NCBI GenBank assembly: GCA_038087875.1
Contig: JAXLNO010000305.1
Span: forward strand, 1 to 64,000
Source of the DNA: Malacoraja senta
Taxonomy: Eukaryota
Direction of reading: 5' to 3'
DNA length: 64,000 nt
Positions 36,005-49,359 of this stretch are shown one piece after another. Under the pieces are notes generated by a model that ran no database searches, had not been told where the DNA came from, and was given only the letters and a program-made list of their open reading frames with translations. Within the stretch, counting starts at the first letter, position 1. Each line of letters begins with the position of its first letter. The position numbers and the translations under genes were made by a program.

Positions 36005-39000
36005 TCAACAGTTCTCTGGCCACTGTTTCAAGCATGCGGTGGTCCAGCCCCTCCTGAAAAAACCTAACTTAGACCCAACCTTGCTTAGCAACAGAGACCT
36101 ATTTCCAAACTGCCTTTCCTTTCAAAAGTCCTTGAAACGGTAATTCTAAATCAACTAATGCCTTACCTACACCAAAATACCATCCTGGAAAGTTTCCAAT
36201 CAGGTTTCAGGGCCCACCACAGCACAGACTCTGCCTTGTTGAAGGTACATAATGACATTCTCACAGTCGACTCCAGTGACTGCAATCCTGCTCCTTCTCG
36301 ACCTCAGCACAGCATTTGATACAGTGGACCACATCATCCTAATTGACCATCTCTGGTACGAGGTTGGTATTGATGGCACTGCCCTGAGCTGGTTTGTTTC
36401 CTACCTCAAAGATATGAGTTTCTCTACAAACAGAGGCAACTTTCTCTTCCACAGCTAGCCTTTGCTGCGGGGTTCCACAAGGCTCCATCCTAGGCCCCAT
36501 TCTCTTCTCTCTGTATATGCTCCCCCTAGGCCAAGTCATTCAAAGGCACGACATTTCCTTCCACTGCTATGCAGACGATACACAGCTCTATCTCCCCCTG
36601 AAACCCAACAAGGGACCCACAAGGGAGTATATATCAAGGGAGTATATATATTTAAAAGACCCACAAGGGAGTATATATCTTAAAAAACAGATGGATCTAT
36701 TTTTTGAGATAAATGATACACCAGATATATCCCCCACGCTATTATGGGAATCCTTCAAAGCATTTATTAGAGGAGTCATTATTTCATTTCAAGCTTATCA
36801 AAATAAAAAGAATAAGAATGAACAAAGACATTTAGAAGAACAAATAAAACAATTAGATACAGATAATGCTAAAGATCCAGCTATGGATAAACATAATAAA
36901 ATCCTACTATTGAAATTCAAGCTAAATAAATTACTGTCAGAGAAAGTTATAACATTATTTCAAATCACAAAACAAGAACACTTCGAATTCGGGGACAAAC
37001 CCCACAAACATCTAGCACGCCAACTGAAAAAACGGGAAAAAGAGAGTGCAATATTAAAGATTAAATCAGACAGAGGGGAATTATTAACATTACCCAAGGA
37101 TATCAATAAAAGATTTGCTCAATTTTATCAGAATCTATACACATCTAAAACGTTAATAGACAATAATAAAATTTCAGAATTTTTAGATAACTGTAACCTA
37201 CCACAATTAGAACTGAGGGAACAAGAGGAACTGGGAGCACAAATTACTTCTAAGGAGATAGAAGACACAATAAAAACACTAAAGAATGGAAAAACACCAG
37301 GACCAGACGGATTCAGTAATTAATTTTATAAATCTTTTTACGACATAGTTACTCCACGATTACAGAAAATGTATACATATGCTTTTAAAGAGCAAAACTT
37401 ACCTGAAACACTAGCAGAATCAACGATCATATTAATACTTAAAAAAGATAAAAATATAGAAGAACCAGGATCATATAGAGCTATTGCTTTGTTAAATACG
37501 GATCAAAAAATAATAGCGAAAACACTAGCCAGTAGACTAAGCAGGTATGTTAGTAGACTAATAAATGAGGATCAAACAGGATTTATACCTAAGAGACATT
37601 CATTCAATAATTTGAGACGTTTGCTTAACATAATGCACTCACATAAATCTCATGACCAAGAGTTATCTATCATCTCACTGGACGCAGAAAAGGCGTTTGA
37701 TCAAGTAGAATGGGACTATATGATTAAAGTATTGCAAAAATTCCAATTGGGAGAGAACTTCATTGCATGGATAAAACTATTATATAACAAACCTACGGCT
37801 AGAATACTAACTAATAATATATTATCCTCGAAATTTGAACAATCAAGGGGCAATAGACAAGGATGTTCATTATCACCGCTGTTATTTGCTTTGGTAATTG
37901 AACCCCTTGCTGAAAAAATAAGAACACATCTGGATATTTACGGTTATAATACAAAATATTCAAATAACAAAATATCCCTATATGCCGATGATGTACTACT
38001 GTACATCACAAAACCACAAATTAGTATACCAAATATATTAAATTTAATTGAGGACTTTGGATCCTTCTCAGGATATAGAATAAATTGGAACAAAAGTGAA
38101 ATTATGTCGATAAAACCAAAAGACTCAACACACCTCAGGAAATTCCCCTTTAAAATAGCTACAGAAAAATTCAAATATTTGGGAATTGAAATTACTAGAA
38201 ATTACCAGGATATGTTTAAAGCCAATTATAATCCCTTATTTAAGAAATTAAATAATTTGATTAAATTCTGGAAAACACTTCCGATGTCCTTAATAGGCAG
38301 AATAAATGCTATAAAAATGATTTTCTTACCACAAATCCTATACCTATTTCAATCAATACCTATATATCTCCCAAAAAAGTTTTTCAAAAAATTGGACTCA
38401 GACATTACAAATTTTATATGGGATTATAAATCCCATAGAATACAAAGAGCACACCTTAATAAACGAAAAGAGTTGGGGGGTCTAGCGCTCCCTAACTTTA
38501 TGTATTATAATTGGGCAGTAAATATTAAAAATATGATTCACCTGCTGGACAATTCTGCCCAGCAGGCGGACTGGATTGTAATGGAAAAAGGGGACTGCTC
38601 CCCGAGTAATATAGGAGCGATTATTCTCTCTCCAATAAATTTGAATAATAAAAATTATAATAAAAATCCAATTATATATAGCACAATTAGAACATGGAAA
38701 CAAATAAAACAGAATCTAAAATTAAGAAACCTATCTCTCTCAATACCAATAGTCAATAACCCATCGTTTAAACCTTCAATCATAGACAAATCATTTATAC
38801 AATGGGAAAGAATGGGAATCAAAATGCTCGAAGATCTGTATGAATTGGGAAAATTACTATCATTTCAACAACTACAACTGAAATATAATTTGAAAAATAA
38901 CCAATATTTTAAATATCTACAAATTCGTGATTATTTGAAAAAATACACAAAAGACTATCATAATATGCCTTCCCACTTACTAGATGAAGCAATGAAGACA

Positions 39001-41002
39001 AAGGCGGAATCACCTAATCTAATATCGTACTTATATAATATCATTTTAAACATAGAAATACCCACAACAGATGGAATTAGAAGAGACTGGGAACAAGAAT
39101 TAGCTATAAAAATTTCAAAAGAGAGCTGGGATAATCATTTACTACAGGTGCATAAATGTTCGATCAACGTACGACATACGCTCATCCAATTCAAAACATT
39201 ACATAGACTATATTATTCAAAAACTAAATTAAATAAAATCTTTCCTAATGTTTCACCAATCTGTGATAAATGTCTATGTCAAGAAGCTACCATAGCGCAT
39301 TCTTTTGTTTTTTGTACAAAAATCCAAAAATTCTGGTATGAAATATTTGATATTTTTTCAAAATTAATTAAAATAAAACTGGTACCAAAACCAGAATGGA
39401 TCATTTTTGGAATATCGGAAGATATCCCTGAATTAAACGTGTATCAGAAGAATTTATTCAATTACGGGCTAATAATGGGAAAAAAGCTCATACTTAAATT
39501 CTGGAAAAATGCGCCCACACCAACAATAAAAATGTGGACATCAAATATGTTTGAAACATTACATCTGGAAGAGATGAGATTCCTCTTAGCAGGTAAAGCA
39601 GACCAATTCCAAAAGACGTGGTCTACGTTTCTGGACCTATTACAAGCATGAGGTGCAATAGTAATTTAAAAAATAAATAAATAAATAAATGGTATCAGGA
39701 CCTGGTAATGGGAGGTAAAACAACAAAAACAGACTAGGTTGGTAGTCCCTTTCTGCGATTGTTCCTACTTTCTTTTTCTTTCTTTTCTAGGGTCTACTTT
39801 CTTACTTTACTTCCTTCTCTAACTTCTTTTCTAAGGGGCTTTCTTTTCCCAACACTCTCTTGCACTTCACGACTCTTGCGCACTTTCTTTACTTTTCTTA
39901 CTTCTATCTTTCTTTTAAAGCTCAAAAAAATGAAGCGGTACAAAAAATGTATTAAGATATATGTGTTGTGTATTACTGTAATTTACCGTACTTCTAATAA
40001 AAATAAAATAAATAAATAAATAAATAAATAAAAAGAAACCCAACAACCGATCAAATCTACTCAGCCTTATGCACTGCCTCGAGGATATAAAGTGTTGGAT
40101 GGCGCAGAACTTCCTCCAACTAAACGAGAACAAGTCTGAGGTCATCCTACTCGGCCCCTCGGACTCCATCAAAACGATAGCAGGCAGCCTTGGAAGCCTA
40201 ACCTCCTTACTCAAACCGCACGTCAAAAACCTTGGCGTGATATTTGACTCCGCATTGAAATTTGACAAACAAGTCAATGCTGTGGTAAAAGCTAGCTTCC
40301 AGCTTCGCACGATAGCTAAAATTCAACCATTCCTCCAATTCGACGACCTTGAAAAGATCATCCACGCATTTATCTCCTCCCGCCTTGATTACTGCAACTC
40401 CCGATACACTGGCATCAGCCAATCATCCCTGTCCCGCCTGCAATTGGTCCAAAACGACGCAGCGAGACTTCTGACGGGTACCCGTAAAAGGGACCACATC
40501 ACCCCGATTCTGGCCTCTCTCCACTGGCTCCCAGTACGATACAGAATCAATTTCAAGCTCCTCCTATATGTATACAAAGCCCTTAACGGGCTTGCCCCGA
40601 CCTATATCAAAAATCTGCTAACCTACCATTCTACCTCCAGGTCCCTCAGGTCGGCCGACTTGGGGCTACTGACTATCCCGCGGTCCAGGTTTAAGCTCAA
40701 GGGCGACTGCGCTTTTGCGGTTGCAGCACCTAGACTGTAGAACAGCATCCCTCTTCTCATCAGAACTGCCCCCTCCATCGACTCCTTTAAGTCTAGACTT
40801 AAAACCTATTCCTACTCACAAGCGTTTCTTGAGGTCCTCTGAGGGAGCGCTGTATGTATGTATGTATTTATGTATGTATTGTTAGATCTTTGTACCATTG
40901 TATGTAGCACGTTAGTACCTGTATTGATGTAAAGCACTTTGGTCAACGAGAGTTGTTTTTAAATGTGCTATAGAAATAAAATTGACGTGACTTGACTTGA
41001 CT
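36005..41002 (+). mobile_element. L2 LINE 3' part (RT + C-terminus) split by an L1
   Basis: [29 protein letters not shown] (36250-36600); continues at 40047 with CLEDIKCWMAQNFLQLN..K.E, SRLDYCNS, LHWLPV; tail aaataaaattgacgtgacttgacttgact. Confidence 0.92.
36612..40034 (+). mobile_element. 5'-truncated L1 (ORF2 with one stop at 37321, (AAAT)n tail)
   Basis: ORFs 36655-37323 and 37369-39651 closely similar to the full L1 ORF2; TSD gaaacccaacaa at 36600-36611 and 40035-40046. Confidence 0.95.
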
Positions 41003-41302
41003 AGTATCAGAGCTGGAATTTGGACAGGTCGCTGCATGCATTTGATATCGTTCATCTTTGAGGAGATGGGACATAATTCTATCCAAATTCATAAGGAATG
41101 GATGTTCACTGATCAGAAATATTTAGCTGTTTGTCCCATTCACCACCCTACGTCAAGCTCAGTTTGTCAATTTATGAATCTCATGGGAATTTAGCTCACG
41201 GCAGTTAGAAATTATTTCTGCATCCTATTTTTGTGAAAATGAATGTTCAAAGTTCATGGAAAGAAATGAATTTCTAATTTTCTGCTCATTTATTTGCTTT
41301 AG

Positions 41303-41528
41303 ATGCTGCAACAGCAACAGCAACAACTTTTACAGCAGCAACAGCAGCAACAGCAGCAGCAGCAGCAGCAGCAACAGCAACAACAACAACAACAGCAGCA
41401 GCAGCAGCAGCAGCAAGCCCAGTTCACAAATCCTGAAACTCCTGGGTATGTGGGATTTGCAAATCTTCCTAATCAGGTGCATCGTAAATCTGTGAAGAAA
41501 GGATTTGAATTTACACTCATGGTAGTTG
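41303..41528 (+). CDS. SEPTIN2: Septin-2 exon: polyQ, then [37 protein letters not shown]
   Basis: Acceptor tttgctttag|, donor G|gtaagt; sequence matches vertebrate SEPT2. Confidence 0.93.
41309..41416 (+). repeat. Coding CAG/CAA trinucleotide repeat (Q6-LL-Q28)
   Basis: Direct reading of the sequence. Confidence 0.95.
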
Positions 41529-42245
41529 GTAAGTATTATCAAAAATGCATTCAAAAAAATTAAAATACCTTTCAACTCTGAATAGGATAGTGTTGTCATT
41601 GTGCAGAGCAGATTGTATTTCTAGCCACTAGGCGTTTTATATTTTAACATTAGAGAATGTTGCAGTTCATGTAGAATTTGAATACACCTTCTACAAGCAC
41701 TAATGGAGAATGAGAAGTACATATGCAATAGCATTGGTCAGTGATGTTAAAATATAATTATTCGTTAATCTGCGGCGATTTGACATAATATGGCTTTTTA
41801 TTTTGCACTCTGTTCTTTTTGCCTGCTAATGTTCATTATTTTAATTTTTATGCTTTTCTTCCCCTTGCTTTATTTCACACTTAGTTTTTCTTCCTGCTTT
41901 ACAAACCATTGCAACAGTGAAAAAGTGGTAATTGCCAAAAATTCTACAGACTTAGAACTTTATATTGCTAAAACAAATCATCTAAATAAAAATGGATTTT
42001 AGAATTTGCTTTATAATTCATGCTCCTGCTGTCCTGCAATGTTAGTTCAATGATTCCACATGTGTCCCCAAATCCTTTGCTCATTTATGTCGTTCAGTTG
42101 CATATTTTCTGAAGTGCAAGTGATTGTAGTTTTCCAAACAATATGAATCCGATAATCATTTTAGAACATAGAACAGTACAGCACAGGAACAGGCCCTTTG
42201 GCCCACAATGTGTGCACTGTCATGATGTCAAATTAAAATCTGCAC

Positions 42246-42625
42246 ATAGAAACATACAAAAATAGGTGCTAGGAGTAGGCCATTCAGCCCTTCGAGCCTG
42301 CACTGCCATTCAATATGATCATGGCTGATCATCCAACTCAGTATCCTGTACCTGCCTTCTCTCCATACCCCCTGATCCCTTTAGCCACAAGGGCCAAATC
42401 TAACTCCCTCTTAAATATAGCCAATGAATTGGCCTCAACTACCTTCTGTGGCAGAGAATTCCACAGATTCACCACTCTCTGTGTGAAAAATGTTTTTCTC
42501 ATCTCGGTCCTAAAAGATTTCCCCCTTATCCTTAAACTGTGACCCCTTGTTCTGGACTTCCCCAACATCGGGAACAATCTTGCTGCATCTAGCCTGTCCA
42601 ACCCCTTAAGAATTTTGTAAGTTTT
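42246..42625 (-). mobile_element. CR1 3' fragment
   Basis: ORF 42338-42601 RTRGHSLRI...FFTQRVVNLWNSLP..VVEA, plus 3' UTR. Confidence 0.88.
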
Positions 42626-44119
42626 CTTGACCTATATTTCATATTGATTTTCCGTTCCCTGTTTCTCAAAATTCCTCTTAAATATTGTTATCAAATATGC
42701 TTCCACAACTTCTCCTAACTATGTCCAGACACAGACCACTCTTTGAACAAAAACTTGCCACAAATCTCCTTAGGTTGTCCCCCCTCTTACCTTACACCTA
42801 TGAATCTCGTATTTGACATTTCCACTCGGGGACAAAAACTGATTATCTACAGCTTAACCTCCCAGTTATGTTTTCTATGTATTTCAATAATTTTAATTTT
42901 AGTCGTCTCTCATTGTTGGTGCCAAGAATCTAAGATTGGGGTATGTAGAAGGTGCTATGAACTGTATCTCAACTAATCTTGCCACATAGGCAACTAGGCA
43001 ACTGAAGATGATATCAAATTGCTTCATCGTTAGCTGTCAGAATGAGATGTTTAAAATCCTGTTTCATATTGAATTTGTGGCGCTCTATATAGTCAATGAA
43101 TCACATCAACTTTTGTTATGGCATGTTGTGCTTAATTCACATTTGTATTAAGGACATTGCCACTGGTAATTGGTGAAAGGTATACTTAGCTTTATTCCAA
43201 TTCTTAATTGCGAACGCTAATACTGTGGTCAGTATATTACCTGTCATGACATGAGGCGATTAGTTTTGGTCAGACTTGTATCTTTTGTTCCAGATTTGGG
43301 GCCCCTCCTTATAAATTACAAGTTCTGTGAAATCCCAGTTTCCTGTGGTGTTCCAACATTTAGTAAGAAGTTAAAATTCTGTTTCCAAGACCAATTCCCT
43401 CCAATTCTTCCTATTCGCTAGTGAGATGGGTACCATATTAGTAGTCCTGTCCAGATCTGACACATTTTTTTCATCTTTATCCAATTGCAGCTGGACTGTT
43501 GTCTACCAAAGTATTGCCTTCATTTTCGACTTCAGTTGTGTCATATCTTTTCTGAGCCAATCCAATACAATGCTTGGAATGGATTACTCCTGAAAGTTGA
43601 TAAAATTATCATGACCAGATTTGATTACATTGGTGTTTCCCTATCTTATCCTAGGCTTCAAGCTACCTTTGATTATTGTACTACCTTGAATGTCACTGGA
43701 GATATCTGATAGAGAGGGTCCATTATTTTTTTTATTTCACCACAGCCAGATGGCTGCATTGTTGTCTCCAATTTATTAGCCCACTGAGACCTTGAGTTTT
43801 AATAAAGCAGGCTTCCCGATTTATTATTGCCACTTAGTGAAACTGAGAGATTGTAACCTTGCTACCTTGACCTATATTTCAAATTGAAGGTTTCATTTTA
43901 TGCATGTTCAATGCTGGAGGTTCATCCTTCAGGTAAGTCATTATCAATCTCCTTATATTCTCTTGATGTTCTCTGAACTTCACAGATCATTATCCATCCT
44001 TGTACATGGCAACCTCCAAATGTGGGATCATACTGGAAATGCAGTCTATTTCTATTCAGTGATAGCAGTTTTTAAACTTTTGGCTGCAAGCATGAGGAAA
44101 CAAGGACTACAAATGCTGG

Positions 44120-44360
44120 TTTACAAAAAAAGACACCGAAGTACTGGAGTAAACTGGCAGGTCAGACACCATCTCTGGAGAACATGGATAGGTGATGTTT
44201 TGAGTCAGGACCTTTCTTCACACTGATTCAATCAGATTGAAGATCTGACAGATCCATCAGATTGATTCAGTTCGAAGAATCATCAAAACGTTCTAACCCG
44301 AAACGTCGCTTTTCCATGTTCTCCAGAAATGCTGCCTGACCTGATTTAGTCCAGCACTTA
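44120..44360. mobile_element. Inverted pair of Penelope-tail-derived short repeats
   Basis: ctggagtaaactggcaggtcagacaccatctctggagaacatgga pairs with tccatgttctccagaaatgctgcctgacctgatttagtccag. Confidence 0.6.
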
Positions 44361-44737
44361 ATTTGACTACATGCATGATTTTTAGTCAGTTACTGTTTCC
44401 AGTTTCATCCAGGGGGGCACAAGAATGACAAAATAAGCCATCTTTGCAGTTTGGAAATCTTTGACAAATGGTGTTTAGGTATGAATAGTTTTCATTTGGT
44501 ATTGAGCTTCACTGGGATATAATTTGTTGTAGAACTTTTAACAACCAGAAGATTTTTTGTTTGCAGTGACCTGTTGATATTAAAAGTTTTATTAAAATTA
44601 TTTTGTTCCTTTATTTCCTTTCAAGTAGTCAAGTAGTGAATCTTAACTGCATTTAGGAATGTATGAAAATGTTGAAAATGACATATGTTAGTATGAACAG
44701 CTCATGGTAGTGTATTTTGATGTAATTCTCTTTGTAG

Positions 44738-44824
44738 GCGAGTCTGGTCTGGGGAAATCAACACATATTAATAGCCTCTTCCTGACTGATCTGTACCCTG
44801 AGAGAATTATTCCCGGAGCTGCAG
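44738..44824 (+). CDS. SEPTIN2: Septin-2 exon with G1/P-loop ([29 protein letters not shown])
   Basis: tttgtag| acceptor, GCAG|gtaac donor, 87 nt, phases compatible. Confidence 0.95.
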
Positions 44825-45675
44825 GTAACATTAATTTTATAATTCAAAATACAAACTATTTTGGTGGCATATAAATCAGTAACAAACCACAGACTCGAGT
44901 TCAAAGCAAACCATAGTAGCTGTATAGTTTTAATGTCAATTAATAATCTGGAATTTTAAATCTGGAACAGGAGCAAGTAATGATGGTAAAAACCCACCTG
45001 GTCTTGTCTTCTGTAGTAGCCTAGAAATTCATTATTTAATGTGGATGTCAGTGGCATGGCCAACATTTATTTATGCCCTTGCTGATTAGAAAGAAATACT
45101 GGCCATGCCAGTGATGCCCATGTCACAAAATTATTAATTACAAAAATAAATTGGTTAAAAAATTAGTCTGTTCAATTAAGCCATTCATAAGGACTCTTGG
45201 GTTAAGGCCTCAAGATCCAGGCAGAATTCAAGCAACTTATTCTGCACATTAAGCATGGTATTGAAATCGGGAGTGGGAAAGAGAGAGAGGGGGAGTGTCA
45301 TACTTGCAATTGGTGGATCACAATTGCAGATGACAAACAACAGTGAAAATGGCACCTACGATGCACAACTGGCCATAAGCCTCCAATCTGAAGAAAAATC
45401 ATCCACTACCACCCCGTAACTCTTCCCAAGTTTGTATTATTTGGCCAGCTCAGCATGGATCCCAAGAGATCTAACCTTCCTGACGAGCCTACCAAGCAGG
45501 ACATTGTCAAAGACCTTGATCCGTTGGTTGCAGATTGTGCAGTTCTAGTAAAGCTGCATCTGAAATGCTTCAGAGGAAAAAAGCTACCTACCTATGTAAT
45601 CAACCCCAAATTATGTAACAAAAGAAACTCCAACATTTTATTTTCATGATTGGAAAGTACCTGTTTTTATTTCAG

Positions 45676-45799
45676 AGAAAATTGAAAGAACTGTCCAAAT
45701 TGAGGCTTCAACTGTGGAGATTGAAGAACGTGGAGTGAAGCTGCGTCTCACCGTGGTTGACACACCAGGATATGGAGATGCCATCAACAGTCAGGACTG
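45676..45799 (+). CDS. SEPTIN2: Septin-2 exon with G3 motif ([42 protein letters not shown])
   Basis: tttcag| acceptor, TG|gtatgt donor, 124 nt. Confidence 0.95.
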
Positions 45800-46309
45800 G
45801 TATGTAATTTGTAAATTTGTTAATATTTGTTTGAATATAGAATATAGCCAGGCTCAATGTATCGCAGCTTTGCATTCCCAGAACATCTACTGCTTTGATC
45901 GTGTACCTACTCTAGGATCTCTAGCTACTCGAATGTAAACGTTGCATCTGCATATTTATAACTTCTGCTTTCTGGTTACTGCCTTTTTAAAATACAATGG
46001 AAATGCAATAACTGAATGTGTACTTAAATGTACACTGGGCTTAATATGTGTGCATGGAGAGGAGGGGTTTAGAGTGATATGGGCCAAACGCAAGCAGGTG
46101 GGACTAATGTAGATGGGATGTGTTGGTTCGTGTGAGCAAGTTGGGTCAAAGGGTCTGTTTCACCTGTATTCCACAATGTCTGCTTCACACATTGCTCTTC
46201 AAGTCTAATGCAGTATTCTACAATCATACCAGCAACTTGATACGTTCCTTGGGCTGAGATTTGGATTGTGTCCCGGACCAGTATGTTGATTGTTTTCTCT
46301 GTTCTTCAG

Positions 46310-46444
46310 CTTTAAGACAATTATTTCCTATATTGATGAGCAATTTGAGCGCTATCTGCACGATGAAAGTGGATTGAACAGACGCCATATTGTTGATAAC
46401 CGGGTCCACTGCTGCTTTTATTTCATCTCTCCTTTTGGTCATGG
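46310..46444 (+). CDS. SEPTIN2: Septin-2 exon ([45 protein letters not shown])
   Basis: ttcttcag| acceptor, GG|gtaagt donor, 135 nt. Confidence 0.95.
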
Positions 46445-48859
46445 GTAAGTTTATTTATTGATTCAGGAAACCAAAATACAATTTACTGGCAACAGTTGTA
46501 TGAGCTCTTCTGAAGTACTGAAGTGGAAAGGCTTCTTAGAGTCATTGTGCAATTGTAAATGATTCAAATCGTTGACTATATCCTGAAAGAGAAATCTGGA
46601 TATTTTAATGTGCTCTAACTCAAGTGGACAACGAGAAATCAAGACAAATTTGTTTGCAGTGTCGTTCACTGGATGTATGTCTTTTTTGCAGATGCATCAG
46701 TGCAGTGTATTGGTCCGGCAAAGTTATGTGAACAGCATATTTCATAAGGTGTCGCGGTTTAAGCATCTGCAGATGGAGGGAATGTGTGACAAAGCAAATC
46801 GGGCAGGTTAGCACAGGACTCCCCTAAGTATATCGTAACATCTAACTGGTGTTCAGTTTTGAACACGAGTGAGAAGATTGGGAAATGTAGTCATACGGAT
46901 AACTTGGCTGTGGGAGGTAGACATAGGATGGTGAGGGAACGGGATGGGCAGTCAGTTTAATTTTTGATTTTGGGAAGCTGTTATGTTATAATAATCTATA
47001 TTCAGGGACAAATTAAGTCATTTGTTTAAGAATAGATTTATAAAGAAATATTAGTGCAAATTGTTTTTGATTTTTTTTTTTTTGGATTGATGAGGGGAAT
47101 GCTAAAGGGCTTCACTGAAGTATAATCTCGTCAGTGAAATTGATGCCATGGAATAAGAGATTGAGGTAAGATAAACAAATGTAGACTATAATGAGGCAAC
47201 AGCAAAATAAATTGAAAGGTATATGTAAATAACTGTTAGAAGTTGGGAGGACAGGTTGATAAAGTGACCATAAACACAACAATAAATGGCCATAAACACA
47301 ACCTTGTTTTTGTAGTTCCACAAAACACTCATTTGCTTTGACTGTAACTAGAATGCTGCATCCAGTTGACCTGCGCTCCTATTATCATTCTCATTTGCAC
47401 ATGGCATTGGAAATTAATCCAGTGATTACTACTTTACGATCCTACTTTTTAATCTTCTGGATTATGGACTTCGGTTTTGCATTATTAAGGGCTGGTATTA
47501 ATTTTGACTATTAATTTATTATATTATTGATTAACATATATTGTGCGTTATTGCTTTAATGGGCTTGCAAAGCTGCAGCAAGCAAGAATTTCATTGTTCT
47601 GTTGCAGGTGTATATGACAGTTAAACATTCCTGGATTTTGATCCCTGCCCGCTCCCAAAATAAAATCCTGCACTCTTTGTCTACCCCCTCTGCCTTTGCT
47701 AGTGGTTAACCAACCATCTGTCACCTGCACTTTAGCTCTGACCACCTCACTGATCACAGATGCTCATAAGTGAGTCCAACTGCAGCTCCAACCTTTCGAT
47801 GCGATGAGTCAGGAGCTGCAGCTGGACGCACTTCCCACAGGTGTAGTCACCAGGGACACTGGAAGTTTCCATGATCTCCACCTCCTGCAGGAGGTGCACA
47901 TGACTGCCCTAATGCCATCTGATGACAATAAGGCTAAGTTAGAAAGACTTTAATTTAACTTTTCTCTGCTTGGCTTTATTGCTGAAGCCTCTCAAGATAA
48001 AGCCTCAGCCACTTATCACTCAAAGACTGCACTAGGAACTCAAACACAGCTACACTCAAAATGGCTGCTTCATAATGGCTGCTGTGCTAGAACTGGTCTC
48101 CCTTTTATACAATTTGAAGGTCTGTTTCTCAAATGATTGCTTTTTAAATATCTTGTGCTCCTCTTCACAGTTCCCTAGTCTATAATCAGGAAAGGTTAGT
48201 GCTTTAATAGTGTTCAAAGTCATCAAGCATAGATTGACTGGGGAGTAAAAGAAAAACCTTTCTAATAAATGATTGGCAATGGAGCTGAAATGATGAAGGA
48301 TTCTTTTATAAAAGCAAGTGGTAATCATCTTGAAATCAGTGCCTTGAAGGATGATGAAAGCAGATTCAGATCCATTTTTTTGTAGGGAATTGAATAGCTT
48401 GAGGGAGAGTATATTTTGGAGCTAGAAACAAATAGCTGAGTGGTGGGATTGAATGAATTGCTCTCAAAGTTGGAAAGGGCTTAACAGGCTGAAGGAGTTC
48501 ATGTGCAGGAGTCGCTACCTCAAAAAGGCAGCCAACATCACCAGGGACCCATCCAACACTGGCCATACTCTCATTTCACTCCCGGCATTTGGAAGAAGAT
48601 ATAGGGACCTGAAAACTGTAACGTTCAGGAGCAGCTTCTTCCCAACAACCATCGGGCTATTAAACACTACAAGCCTCCAACTAAGCTCTGAATTACATAG
48701 GTTTGGGGCTTGGGGGGAAGGAATGTGGTTGACTTTGCACTATTATTGGTTGCGTATATATATATATAATATATATGTGTGTGTGTATGTATATAGATAT
48801 GTGTATATATGTAAATGTGTGTGTGTATATATATATGTGTGTGTGTGTATGTATATGTG

Positions 48860-49323
48860 GTTGGGGGGGGGATAGTTGAGGAGAGCCGGGCGGCAGCAGC
48901 GAAAAAATAAAAATGTTGGCGTTTTTGGAGGAGAGCCGGGTGCTTGAGCCAGCGTGAGAGAGCCGGCCCGGGGGGGGGGGGGGGGGGGGAGTAGTGGAGG
49001 GGCGGCGGGCGGCAGCAGCTAAAATCGCCAGCGAAAGAAAACAAATGTCGCCGTTTTTGGAGCAGAGCCGGGCGGCAGCAGCCGTAATGGTGGCTGGCCA
49101 GCAGGAGGCCACAAAATGAGTGAGTGGGGCGGGGCAGGGGGAGGATGGATTTTATTTAAAAATTTGTACATAAAAATGTCTAAATCTAATAAGGAGTGTG
49201 TTAGGGTATGTACAAGTGTAATGTCTAGCGAAATGGAAAAAAATCTCGGAGTTTTTGCGTGTGGTTTTGGCGGAGCAAGGAATCAAAGGCCAAATCTGAC
49301 ACAAACACACACACACCCACACT

Positions 49324-49359
<36 letters not shown>

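Noticed and set aside
36517..37323. 268-aa ORF as a novel chimeric gene
   Set aside because: Accidental L2/L1 junction bounded by a TSD, with no promoter or splice evidence and only partial domains.
41256..41599. Poly-Ser/Asn and antisense poly-Leu ORFs
   Set aside because: Alternative frames of the septin CAG/CAA repeat.
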